Shown: one piece after another, positions 13,108 to 24,787 of the stretch | Position numbering within the stretch: position 1 is the stretch's first letter | Layout: each line of letters starts with the position of its first letter | Assembly (NCBI RefSeq): GCF_001194135.2 | Contig: NC_068983.1 | Span: 20,861,412-20,914,323 of the forward strand | DNA length: 52,912 nt | Reading direction: 5' to 3' | Source of the DNA: Octopus bimaculoides | Taxonomy: Eukaryota | The notes under the pieces: model-generated | The model's input: only the letters and a program-made list of their open reading frames with translations | The model's database searches: none | What the model was told of the DNA's origin: nothing | Translations under genes and position numbers: made by a program

Positions 13108-13640
13108 TGAGTGTGAGAGCAGCGCATGCCATCAAAGTGACACTGGGTTACGATATACGAAGCCCATTGTGACTACACCTCTGATAAGGGTATACCAGGC
13201 ACAAGCATCACCACCATATGTGCGTGACATGGTGATATCATATCAAGATAAACAACATATGAACTTGCAGGTGTAGCCCATTTAGTTAGAATTTTCTTCA
13301 GGTCGAGTAGCCCATCCGACTCGAAAGGTCCTTGAATGAAGGTTGTTTACGGATGCTCAATGAAATACCCATGTTTCCAGAGGTGAATTACTAAAATCCG
13401 AAAGTATTCCTCTCAGAACATGGCTATGATACTCCCCCAATGCTCTTGCGCTTGACCACAGATGCACATACCGTCAGCCAATGAAGGAAAATGCGCAACT
13501 TATCAGTCAAACAACTTGTAAGTAAAACTATGGTACCGAGCAGAATATTTATAACAACTCAAAACATGTACATGATATCAGTTACAGTTTGTTAAGATCA
13601 GAAACTATGTGAGCCAGTGCCTGGTACTGCATCAGGGCAT
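13108..13640 (-). mobile_element. Family D non-coding interspersed element, copy 1
   Basis: Aligns by eye end to end with 20074-20578 and in reverse with 21589-21956. On the minus strand it starts ATGCCCTGATGCAGTACCAGGCA and ends CTCACACTCA + (AAT)n. TAATAA remnant at the other end. Confidence 0.85.
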
Positions 13641-13659
13641 TTATTAGGTTTGGCTCAAG

Positions 13660-14580
13660 TTCGGTCTTTTTCCTGGTAGGAATTATGTTTGTAGCAGTTT
13701 ACCTCTACCTTAATTAATTAAGTGTTGTCGGTCTCTGACAGCAATACATTTCTCTTGAACCTCAATATAAAAAATATGATTGTCTCTTACGTTTCTCACA
13801 TGGTTCAATCCCCTTTCGCTTCATTTAAACAATAGGACATACAGGGATATTAATTTTTTAGCCCGACATTCTATATTCCTTCTACTCTTGACATTTCAAT
13901 TATTTTTGTATTTTAGGTGAGTTTTTGGTAACAGAAATTATTCTTTTGTTTTGTAAGGTGTTTGTAGGTATTGTATTACTTTTCTATTATTAACATTTGT
14001 TTTCTAGTGATAATGGAAAAATAAAAGTTAAAGTTCTCTAGTTGCATAATGTAAATATAATCTGTGTATGATTGACGTTGAATAGAGTTCTCCAAATTCA
14101 GTCAGTCTAACATTTTTTTGTCGTTGTCTACTTCTATTTCATTGAGAGCTACAATGTTTTTGCATTTTGTTCTATTTCAGATGTAAATTTAATGCATGTG
14201 TAATATCCCTTTCTGGAACTTTCTACTTGTGCGTGTTGTACACTGTCTACTTTATTGATTCTCACTTAGTTAAACCTCAGTGTTGTAATTCTCTTAACGC
14301 TGTTTTTTTTTATTTATCATAGTATTAATGCTCTTTATTACTTTGGCGCGTTTTTCTAATTCGAATTTCATTTCATCTCTATTCAATTCGTCTACCTCCT
14401 CATTGCTGTTTCTAGTTGTTTAACATCTGCAGCTTAGACAATATTATACCGCCCATACATATAATCTGTTGATTGTTCTTCCGAAATATTTGTTTGAGAA
14501 TTCGATTTGACATGACTTCTTGAGTAAAACCATTATCACCAGCAATAAAAAGAAGGAAAAGGAAGAGACTATATTCCCTC
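13660..14580 (-). mobile_element. Highly decayed R4/Dong-like LINE, N-terminal ORF remnant
   Basis: Fragments AADVKQLE, RRNIECRAKKL and IEVQEKCIAVRDR...KLLQT occur in the order expected for the pre-RT region of R4-clade ORFs. Many stops and frameshifts, so the assignment is tentative. Confidence 0.4.
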
Positions 14581-14630
14581 TCAAGTAGTGTTGATATTTA
14601 TATTTGCAGAATTATTTCCCATTTACTACT

Positions 14631-15047
14631 CTTTTACTCTTCTTTTACTTGTTTCAGTCATTTGACTGCGGCCATGCTGGAGCACCGCCTTTAGTCGAGC
14701 AAATCGACCACAGGAATTATTCTTTGTAATAATTATTCTATCGGTCTCTTTTGCCGAACCGCTAGGTGACGGGGACATAGACACACCAGCATCGGTTGTC
14801 AAGCAATGCTAGGAGGACAAACAGATACACAAACATATACACACGTATACATATATATATATATATACATATATACGACGGGCTTCTTTCAGTTTCCGTC
14901 TACCAAATCCACTCACGGCTTTGGTCACAAGGCTTTGGTCGGTCCGAGGCTATAGTAGAAGACACCTCCCCAAGATGCCACGCAGTGGGACTGAACCCGG
15001 AACCATGTGGTTGGTAGGCAAGCTACTTACCACACAGCCACACCTGC
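14631..15047 (-). mobile_element. tRNA-derived SINE family A, full length
   Basis: Minus strand has a head with A box TGGCTGTGTGG and B box GGTTCAGTCCC, an internal (TA/CA)n tract and a tail GACTGAAACAAGTAAAAGA. Closely similar to 31497-31877, 48395-48822 and 50052-50411. Confidence 0.95.
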
Positions 15048-15084
15048 ACCTGCGGTATATCTTTCATTATTAGATTTACATTAC

Positions 15085-15269
15085 TAATGGAGAATACTTC
15101 CAAGAATTCGCATGTAAAATACGTCCTGGAATTGAATCCACACCAGGCATTGAACCTCAAATCTCTTCCTGCAGTTCTGACCTTTTGGTAATACTCTATA
15201 ACCAATTTAAATGATATTATTTAATGGAGAATACTTCCAAGAATTCGCATGTAAAATACGTCCTGGAAT
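15085..15269. repeat. 48-bp perfect direct repeat, period 137, running into a gap
   Basis: TAATGGAGAATACTTCCAAGAATTCGCATGTAAAATACGTCCTGGAAT at 15085-15132 and 15222-15269. The second copy is cut by Ns at 15270. Confidence 0.9.
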
Positions 15270-15748
15270 NNNNNNNNNNNNNNNNNNNNNNNNNNNNNNN
15301 NNNNNNNNNNNNNNNNNNNNNNNNNNNNNNNNNNNNNNNNNNNNNNNNNNNNNNNNNNNNNNNNNNNNNNNNNNNNNNNNNNNNNNNNNNNNNNNNNNNN
15401 NNNNNNNNNNNNNNNNNNNNNNNNNNNNNNNNNNNNNNNNNNNNNNNNNNNNNNNNNNNNNNNNNNNNNNNNNNNNNNNNNNNNNNNNNNNNNNNNNNNN
15501 NNNNNNNNNNNNNNNNNNNNNNNNNNNNNNNNNNNNNNNNNNNNNNNNNNNNNNNNNNNNNNNNNATTTGATGCTTCTTTAGTCATCAGATAATAATATT
15601 TTCCCCTCAGCGAGCCACATGTTATTTCCGCTTTGCTATCTTATTTTTGCTAGCTTATGCGTTGTTATTATCATCATCATCATCATCATTATCATCATCA
15701 TTATTATTATTCTTATTATCATCATCATCATCATCATCATTATTATTA

Positions 15749-15808
<60 letters not shown>

Positions 15809-15819
15809 TTATTATATAT

Positions 15820-17080
15820 CATCCAGAGATTTGCGATGTTATCATGCTCCTCTCGATGTTTGTTTTTCGTTTTTTTCCTCCTAGCATATGGACTGTTACG
15901 ATGTTACAATATTCTGCTCGTTGTTTTAAACGATCACATATGTGGTGATTACTTTGCTCTCTATACTCTTGCTTAGATGTTATCTACTTGTCTTGCCGAG
16001 TTGTTTGCTGCACAGGTTCATGATTCTTTTCTTCTTCTTAGTTCTAAATAAAATCGGTTTTCGTTGAATTCGAATACATTGATTTGTTAAAAAAACAAAA
16101 AAAGTTCATTGTCACTTTTATTACCAACAGATTCTTTGCAATCTAGCGCCCTCAGCAATTTCTTGTCTCAGGCGTTCTTTGATTTCGGATACTCCATTAA
16201 CATTATATTTCAATAGCAATACTCCTTGTTTGTTATTCATCGATAGTAATACTTATATTTGTTCATATCTCCGTAGTTGTGTTGCTTTATTGGTTTGTAT
16301 TTCTGTAGTAAATGTAACTATTTCCAGTTGTCTCATTTTATTATTGATTTCATTATAGATTAACGTATCTTTCATATAATATCATTTTGTGTATTTTTGA
16401 GTCCAGTTTAATATTCTTATATTCGTAAGTTACTGTGAGTAAGTGGAGGTGCAATGGCCCAGTGGATAGGGCAGCGGACTCGCGGTCATAGGATCGCGGT
16501 TTCGATTCTCAGACTGGGCGTTGTGAGTGTTTATTGAGCGAAAACACCTAAAGCTCCACGAGGCTCCGGCAGGGTATGGTGGCGAACCCTGCTGTACTCT
16601 TTCACAACAACTTTCTCTCGCTCTTACGTCCTGTTTCTGTTGTGCCTGTAATTCAAAGGGTCAGCCTTGTCACACTCTGTGTCACGCTAAATATCCCCGA
16701 GAACTACGTTAAGGGTACACGTGTCTGTGGAGTGCTCAGCCACTTGCACGTTAATTTCACGAGCAGTCTGTTCCATTGATTGGATCAACTGGAACCCTCG
16801 ACGTCGTAAGCGACGGAGTGCCAGCAACAACTGTGAGTAATGATTCTCCTTTGCAACTACAGTGGCTTCTGCATACACGACCTCACTTAACATAATATTA
16901 ATGCACTTCACCCTTTTCCGTAAATCTATGATGGTCTGCACTGTGCTTATTTATTATTGTTTCTATTTCATCGTTAAATTTCATCCTTTAAACATTCGTT
17001 CATTCGTAGATCGGTGTAAAAACTCTCTTTCTTTTCTGTATTATTTAATTCTCTAATTAGATCCATCTTTAGGTTATTTC
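15820..17080 (-). mobile_element. Decayed R4/Dong-like LINE ORF remnant interrupted by SINE C
   Basis: Minus-strand peptides in the expected order: LSEVVYAEATVVAKE (~16850-16900), EIKERLRQEIAEGARLQR (16133-16192), QINVFEFNENRFYLEL (16039-16086), HDNIANLWM (15820-15846). They match the R4-clade pre-RT motifs IYAAATVV, LKQK..A...RL.RY, QN.LF..N.K.FY.EL and GPD.I.NFW as I recall them. Confidence 0.6.
16443..16829 (+). mobile_element. tRNA-derived SINE family C, full length, perfect TSD
   Basis: A box TGGCCCAGTGG, B box GGTTTCGATTC, tail GGAGTGCCAGCAACA. 11-bp TSD ACTGTGAGTAA at 16432-16442 and 16830-16840. Colinear with 38822-39200. Confidence 0.95.
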
Positions 17081-17660
17081 CATCTGTATATAGATTTAGC
17101 ACATGATGTGAAAAAGTGTAAATATCAAAAAAATAATAATAATAAACGATTCCCCTAACGTCTATCGAATACTGACCAACAAAAAGCGAAACTTAGCAGC
17201 ACACATGGTGTATTATATTGTGTAATAGATATAGCAATTATACGTCTCAGTTTTAAAATATTTTCTATTTCTGCATGAAGTGAGATCCTGAAGATGGTGC
17301 GCTTGTTTGTCTCATCTCATTAATTTGAAAGAGTCTGCAATAATTGACGTAAATCTCTAGATTTTAACTTGATCTTGTGCAGATTACAATCAGGTATACC
17401 ATTAATGTTTTAGCAAAGACATTTTTCAGTTATTGTTAGTACCGAATATTAGCTCAAACATTGATAGTTCTATGTCCTCATACGTATAATACTGACACTC
17501 AGAAGCTTTTTCTTTCCATTTTCGCACTGGTATTTTTTTCAGAGTTCTGTTCTGAAATGGTATTCAGTTATATCAACATTTCTAGTTGTTTTGATTTAAT
17601 GAAAATATTTTCTCTTGGCGGACATAGAACTTTTAGTACTCAATTGTATCTTTACATATC

Positions 17661-17861
17661 GGTTTCAAATTTTGGCTCGAAGACAACAGATTTTGGAGAG
17701 GGGCCAAGTCGATTAAATCAACCCTAGTGCTCAACTAGTACTTATTTTATCGGCCCCAAAATGATGAAAGCAAAGTCAACCTCGACGCAATTTGAATTCA
17801 GATTGTCAAGACGCTAAGCTTTTCCCCCGCCGTGCTACCGATCCTTCCAGCTTGCTGCCTT
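17661..17861 (-). mobile_element. SINE family B (alternative tail), diverged
   Basis: Reverse complement contains the head AAGGCAGCAAGCTGG, TGAATTCAAATTGCGTCGAGGTTGACTTTGCTTTCATC and the tail ..AAATTTGAAACC. Confidence 0.8.
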
Positions 17862-19688
17862 AATTGTGTCATTAGATATAGAAAAGAAGTACATAACCTT
17901 TTGTTATTTCTCAATTATACTATTTATCTCATATTGTAAAATTCTAAACAATTCTTTTAGATTCACTGTAACTACTTCGTTATAGTTGTATGTTTATATA
18001 AACATAGTAGTTATATCATATATCACGATAGATATCTCACATTACACAAGGAAGATATATCGTATCCCACAAACATATTACTGTTACACATGGTAAATAT
18101 ATCGGTGCACATATGATAGTTATATTTATATCAACTTCTCAAAATTTAGTAAACGGCCATTATATGATAGTTTGTTGTGAATAGTTTGTATAAAGAAATC
18201 TACAAAGAAAGTTGGTTTCCTTATCGAGAGCTTCGGTATATTTAACTTTTCGTCACTTATGTTAAAAAACAAAGTAATTGAGATTATGAAGCATCACCAA
18301 TAGCATTTTAATTACCATATTTCTTGCGCATTGCGTCACATTTTGATCTTCATATTAGTTTGAACCTCAAGTACTTTTATTTCTTAATTTTTGTCTTCAA
18401 TTCTGGAAGTTTACATTTCTGTAAGTCGTACATTTTCAGTCACATCTACACATGATTTTTTTTTTGTGATTACAGGTAAACAGCTATACAATTTTCAGAT
18501 CGTTTATCTTTTTGCAATTTAAATTCTTTCACCATTTGACACTGGACTCTGGTATTTTTATTAATTCAGTGAAAGGCATTACCACACTATGTTTTATTAA
18601 TACCCCGCAGAATTATTTATTCATATTTCATTCATTACATTAACCAAAACACACGCTTACTCCAAACACACACATATGTAATTCAATATGCGCATAAACA
18701 TCCACAGAGAGCGGCTAACACATGTTGTCATACAGTGTTAATTTACATAACGTTTCAGTAAGGTTTCTTCTGGTGAATATACGTTGAAACAATTGCAGTA
18801 TTATGCAATAAAACGTGTTGCTCAATCCATTTTCTATTATTCATATGATATGATATGATATGATATGATATATATATATATATATATATATATCGGCAAA
18901 CCGATATATATAGGCATGTTTTAGAGGCATGTCGTTTAGTCAAAACCATATTAAAAAATTCAGCTTGTCGGAGCCATCTAAAAGGTATAAAAAGGAAGAA
19001 GTTAGTTATTCTACTGCAGTTGTTAAGCACTCAACTCACTGTTATTTATCACATTTTGAAATCTGATGATTACTATGAACGTATGAAAGCGCTAATTGAA
19101 CTTTATGAAAATTACTAAATATTTTTTTATGTTTAAGACATACCAGTGCAAACCAGACCATGTTTTAACTTTATTCAACTAATATATTTTTCTATACACA
19201 TTTACACAAATTCGGAATATATATATATATATATACATACGTATGTATGTATGTACGTATATATAATTACCGTTAGTCAGTAGTAGTTACTTATATTTGG
19301 CTTACAAAATCCTGGAATAAAATCATCTACACATCTTTATAGAGCCCCAAACAAAGCTAAACTGAGGCCTAGAATATTTGTTAACCACCATTCCACAGCA
19401 TATATACATTATTCAATAGGATTTTCCGTTTAATGATGGAGCGATGTGATCTGAAGTAAATTTGCTGCTATGTTTAGGTTATCGAATGTGGAAGTTATCT
19501 CGTTAGCCTCTTTTGGATTATTATTTCTCGGAAATGTTTGGTTATTCAGAGCAATCGATAAAATTCTGTTCATCTGTGTTGATCGATTTAGAAATATCGT
19601 CATTCCTTCTTTTTTCACTTTTGCTTATTGTTTCTGTTACACATTTATCATTGTTCAGTTTGAGCTAATGTAGAGATTTGTACTATCC

Positions 19689-19870
19689 GGAGATCTGGCA
19701 AAATGCTTAGAGGCATTTCCTCTCTCTCCATGTTCTGAGTTCAAATTCCACTTGGGTAGTCTTTAACTTTCATCCTTTCAAGGCCGATAAACTAGGTACC
19801 AGTTGTGTACTGGGGTCGAAAATTCCAGGCTTTGTGCCTATACTAGTGGAAAGGATTATTATTATTATGT
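19689..19870 (+). mobile_element. SINE family B, internally deleted, (ATT)n tail
   Basis: GTTCTGAGTTCAAATTCC, CTTTCATCCTTTC, GTACCAGTT..CTGGGGTCGA, tail GGCTTTGTGCCTATACTAGTGGAAAGGATTATT. Confidence 0.7.
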
Positions 19871-20073
19871 TTTTTTTTTCTTCTTTCTTCAAATTTTCTT
19901 CCATTTCTCGCTGAGTGTTTTCCGTACACCTAGGGCAGAGAAGCTCATTGTATGCATTCCCAGTTTACACACGCTAAATCACAGGTAAGATATGTATGAA
20001 GGAAAATTCATAAATAAATAAATTCATGAATGGATGTTGCTTTCACAGCGATAATGATATTATTATTATCATC

Positions 20074-20578
20074 GAGTGAGAGAGTAGGGCATGCCATCAA
20101 AGTGACACTGGGGAAAAATATACGAAGCCCATTATACCCATCATGACCACCTGTCTGATAAGGGTACACAAGGCACATGCATCACAACCATATGAGCGCA
20201 ACATAGTGGTCTCACATCAAGATAAACAGTGCATGACCTCGCAGGTGGTGCCCAGTTAGAACTTTCTTCAGGTCGAGTAGCCGATCTCGGTCAAAAGGTC
20301 CTTGAGTAAAGGTTGTTTGAGGAAGTCGAACGAAATACCAATGTTTCCAAAAGTGAATTATCCAAACCCCAAAGAATTCCCCTCAACACATGACTATGAT
20401 GCTCCCTCACTACTTCTGCTCATGATCAGAGATGCACATATCGTCACCCACCAAGGGACATGCTCAACTGGTTAAGGTAAAAAAAACTGACAAAGACAAA
20501 ACAATGTACATGATAACACTTCCAATCAGTTACGATAAGAAGCCATGAAAGCCACTGCCTGGTACTGCATCAGGGCAT
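20074..20578 (-). mobile_element. Family D element, copy 2
   Basis: Same termini as 13108-13640, with an internal deletion. (ATT/ATC)n on both flanks. Confidence 0.85.
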
Positions 20579-20580
20579 TA

Positions 20581-20635
<55 letters not shown>

Positions 20636-20672
20636 CGTCATCATCATCATCATCATTATCCCTATTATTGTT

Positions 20673-20850
20673 AAGACCTCAAGCTGGCGGAATCGTTAAC
20701 ACGCCGGGATAAATGCTTGGCAGCATTTCGTCTCTCCTTTCGTTCTGAGTTCAAATTCTGTCGTGGCTGAGTTTACCTTTCATCGTTTCGGATTCGATGA
20801 ATTAAAGTAACAGTTACACAAATTTCAGGCCTTGTGCCTATTGTCAAATT
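20673..20850 (+). mobile_element. SINE family B, internally deleted
   Basis: AAGCTGGCGGAATCGTTAACACGCCGGG..AAATGCTT, GTTCTGAGTTCAAATTC, CCTTTCATC, tail AATTTCAGGCCTTGTGCCTA. Confidence 0.75.
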
Positions 20851-20929
20851 TTTTTCTTCTTCTTCTTCTTGGTGGTGGCGGTGGTGGTGGTGGCGTTGTT
20901 ATTTGATATGTAGGCTGTATTTCGTTGCT

Positions 20930-21300
20930 CCCGGGAAGGTCATTGCCGTTACATATAAGACTTCCTTCCTGTTTACGTCCGTTTGATGACTCACTCTGTA
21001 TTCCTTCATATTTGTGTTGTGATGAAGCATGTCTTATGTTTATGAATAATTCTGTTGTGCTACTTTCATTGATTTCTCGAAGCTTATTAATTTTGCATAT
21101 GATCGCTTCATTTTATTTATATTTTTCGAGCATATTTTCTTTTATGAGTTGTTCAATTTCTCTGTCAGATATTTATTTATTCATTATTTATCCTTTGCTT
21201 CTTGTTTTTTATGCTTCATATGAATCTTCATGTATTCCCTAATGTATTTCAGATTATTTGCCATTTTAAATCTTCGTTTTTATTGCATAATCATGACAAG
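20930..21300 (-). mobile_element. Possible R4/Dong-like N-terminal ORF remnant
   Basis: ISDREIEQLIKE (21137-21172) resembles the R4-clade N-terminal LSDAELEQIK motif. The surrounding frame is broken. Confidence 0.3.
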
Positions 21301-21531
21301 CAGCACATAAAATAAATCTTCATTGTATTAAATGGGAAACCGAATATCATCACTATTTATTTCGCTTGTGAATTTTGCTCTGCGAATTCGGTCTTGCCAT
21401 TCGATATATTTCAAATATCTTGTATTTTCGTGCTAAGAAAAGTGGCGATATCTGTACCTCGGATTTAACACATACGGCTTCCCATGTTGCTCACATACTG
21501 GATTTCCTATTTTTTTTCGCGATAAGAATAC

Positions 21532-21564
<33 letters not shown>

Positions 21565-21588
21565 AATAACAATAATAATAATAATAAT

Positions 21589-22128
<540 letters not shown>

Positions 22129-24403
22129 GCTGGTGGCATTTCAGAAATTGTAGAATGCAAGACAAAATATCTTTGGCTATTCAGTTACTGCTCCTGGTAC
22201 ATTTGTGCTAAAATCCTGCTGGTAATGACTTTTCCCTCTTATTCTTTCTGTGTAGACAAGTATTCACGTATTGGTTTCGAAATTATGTCCTCCCCACTAG
22301 TTTCTGGCTTAGTAATAATTTTAGAATTGTATTACTGTCCACAGTATTCGAATTTCTTTGTTGCTATTCTTCTGCTCAATGTTTTGGATATAGCAGCTAA
22401 AACCTCTCTCAAAATACACGTATATTCTTTAAAATTAAAAAATATAATAGACTCGCGGCATATTTAAGAAAGACGTGTTTCACAAGAAATTGGTTTTAAC
22501 AAATCTCTACTTGTTAAGTATATCTTAAATCTACTCTGGGGAAACTAGAGGAGCTAGTATGTATTAAGAAACGACAGAGCTTCAATGGAACTACAAAAAA
22601 TAGCAGTTAAATCTCTCTAAAATTACAAATCATGTAGGTGTGAGTGAACAATGTGATTCCTCATATATAATAAACAAGATGGTCGTGGTTTGAACGTTTT
22701 TATGATAGTCGTTGATATTTATTGTGGGTTATTTTCAGGGGGAAGTGTTTTAAATGAGGTTTTTCTTGACAAACCATTACTGTTACAATTATTTTCATTG
22801 TTGATTGCATTTTAAGGACATTAGATAAGTTTGCTCAACCTTACGTAAATACACATTTTGTACACATTAAATCAATAAGTGAAATATCATTAATACTCTG
22901 CCACATTTGTTTGGTCAGCATGAATACATAATGAACAAACTGTACATGCGTTATACATATGACTATTGGCGAAGAGAAATAAGTGCTGGAGCTGAAAAGG
23001 AATACTGCAAGTCTCCGCACATCGTAGGAAACTTGAAGTAGATCTATATTGCCAGTTCTTGCGGTAGTCTTTGTGACAGATCGATATACATCACACTTCA
23101 AGAAAATAAGAATACCCAAAGATTCCAGGTTCAATCCTCGCTAAAGTTGACATTTCAAAATCAGTAAGAGATCACCAAGGAATCATGACCTTAGTGGGCA
23201 TGGCTCCCGGAGAGTGTCGATAACAAACGGACCAACACACATGTTTGATGGGAGTACTTCTGAAAATTTCTCCTGCTGTCCGCTTACCGAGCAGCAAATT
23301 CCCATCAACTGCTAACGCATACATCATTAATCAGTACTGTAATTGTGATGTGACAGCAATATAAATGTGCATCGATCCGTTGTATTATATCTTATCATTT
23401 CGAATAATTCGATGTAACTTATGTCCTTAGAAGCACAGATTCAAATTACATTTAATTTAAAATAATTTGCACTTTATTGCGATAAAAATAAACCAAAACA
23501 GACTTTTCCCATTTTATTCTCAAATCATATTCTCACGCTGTTTTGCACAACAGATATTGCTTTCTTAATAAAATAGATTGTTAATGTTAATAAACTCAGG
23601 TAAACGAAATAATATTGTTTAAATTGATGGGGTTTCAAGTGATATAGACAGTGAAGCTAAAAGTGCTTTTAATCCATGACCTCCATTCGTGTAATTTGTT
23701 TTCTTGGTGAACAATTTAAAATAACACTCACGCACAACTTCAGTAACAAGAGCATCAACATATTTTTAAATGTAATTATAGTGCTGTTAGTTTCTGATGT
23801 CAAATTCGAGTAAAATACTGCACTATTACAAAGCTAATTAGACACTTGTAACACACGTTACGTTTTCCATCCTCATCAAAAATAAAACAAAATTGAAGAT
23901 AAATTATAATGTACGGCTTAAATTACTAAAATAACTCTTCGACGATCAAGTCACTTCACAAACATGTACATCTCTCCTATGTTTCTTTCAAAATATTTTA
24001 CAATTTACCACTAAGTAAATGCAAACTTATAAAATACACTGAACAAAAATCTTCACTCATTCGATTACAAACACTCAATAATTCAATTTATAAAATAAAA
24101 TTACGATTCTTATTTGTAAATAAATATGAATAGCTTATAATTTTAATTATTATAATAACAGTTGTCGAAATTTACCAAATACGGATACTTTTTAAAACCT
24201 AAGTAATCTCCATATTTCCAGTCACTCAAAAATGTCTGTCTTTACTAGAATTATTTCAATACGAAATTAAATATGAAAATGGATGTAAGCCTGTTAATAT
24301 AATTGTTTCTTGGGTATCTTTTGCACTGAACAGAAAATGTTTTGTTTACCCTCTTTTGTAACAGAACATAGATTTTAGGTTTGGCTCAGAACGTCTCAAG
24401 TAT

Positions 24404-24449
24404 TCGCCACTGAGAAGACCAAAGTAAGTCGAAACATTCTGCCTGGCGA
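24404..24449 (+). ncRNA. Decayed minimal type I hammerhead-like motif
   Basis: Stem I TCGCCA/TGGCGA; core CTGAGAA (consensus CUGANGA, one change); stem II GAC/GTC; GAAA; C-G stem III; GCC where GUH is required. Confidence 0.4.
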
Positions 24450-24617
24450 TCCACCGGCGCACTGTGCGACGTCTGCTGTTTAGAACTTGGAAGACCTTTT
24501 GAGAAACTTTCTCTGAGGCGAAACATTACAAGCAGTTACAATTTTTGTATATACATTGTAAATACCATACAGACTTTCATTATATATCTAAAAAGTAATT
24601 ATCAGAGGCGGCTAATA

Positions 24618-24686
24618 ATGTTACGTTGGATATAAAGATTGCTTTATGATATTATCAAAAGGCAATCTTTATATCCAACGTAACAT
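24618..24686. repeat. Perfect 25-bp inverted repeat forming a 69-nt hairpin
   Basis: ATGTTACGTTGGATATAAAGATTGC (24618-24642) is the exact reverse complement of 24662-24686. The 19-nt spacer pairs further (TTT-A-TGAT/ATCA-A-AAG), leaving a 3-nt loop. Confidence 0.95.
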
Positions 24687-24741
24687 AGATGCGTTCATTG
24701 AACGCCGAATAGAATCTGGCTCGTATGCGGCGAGTGGACAT

Positions 24742-24787
24742 CTGTCACTGAAGAAAAGGAGTACGTAGAAATCACGTGATGTGGGAG
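24742..24787 (+). ncRNA. Decayed hammerhead-like motif
   Basis: CTGTCA | CTGAAGA | 13 nt with no stem II | GAAA | palindromic ATCACGTGAT | G at the cleavage position | TGGGAG pairing 5/6 with stem I. Confidence 0.33.

Noticed and set aside
16443-16520. tRNA-like sequences at SINE heads (also 38822, 31497, 44238)
   Set aside because: They have A/B boxes but continue into SINE bodies with tails (and TSDs in several copies) and lack a complete cloverleaf, so they are not tRNA genes.
22870-23045. Plus-strand open frame LPHLFGQHEYIMNKLYMRYTYDYWRREISAGAEKEYCKSPHIVGNLK
   Set aside because: About 50 codons, no recognisable domain and no convincing splice sites.
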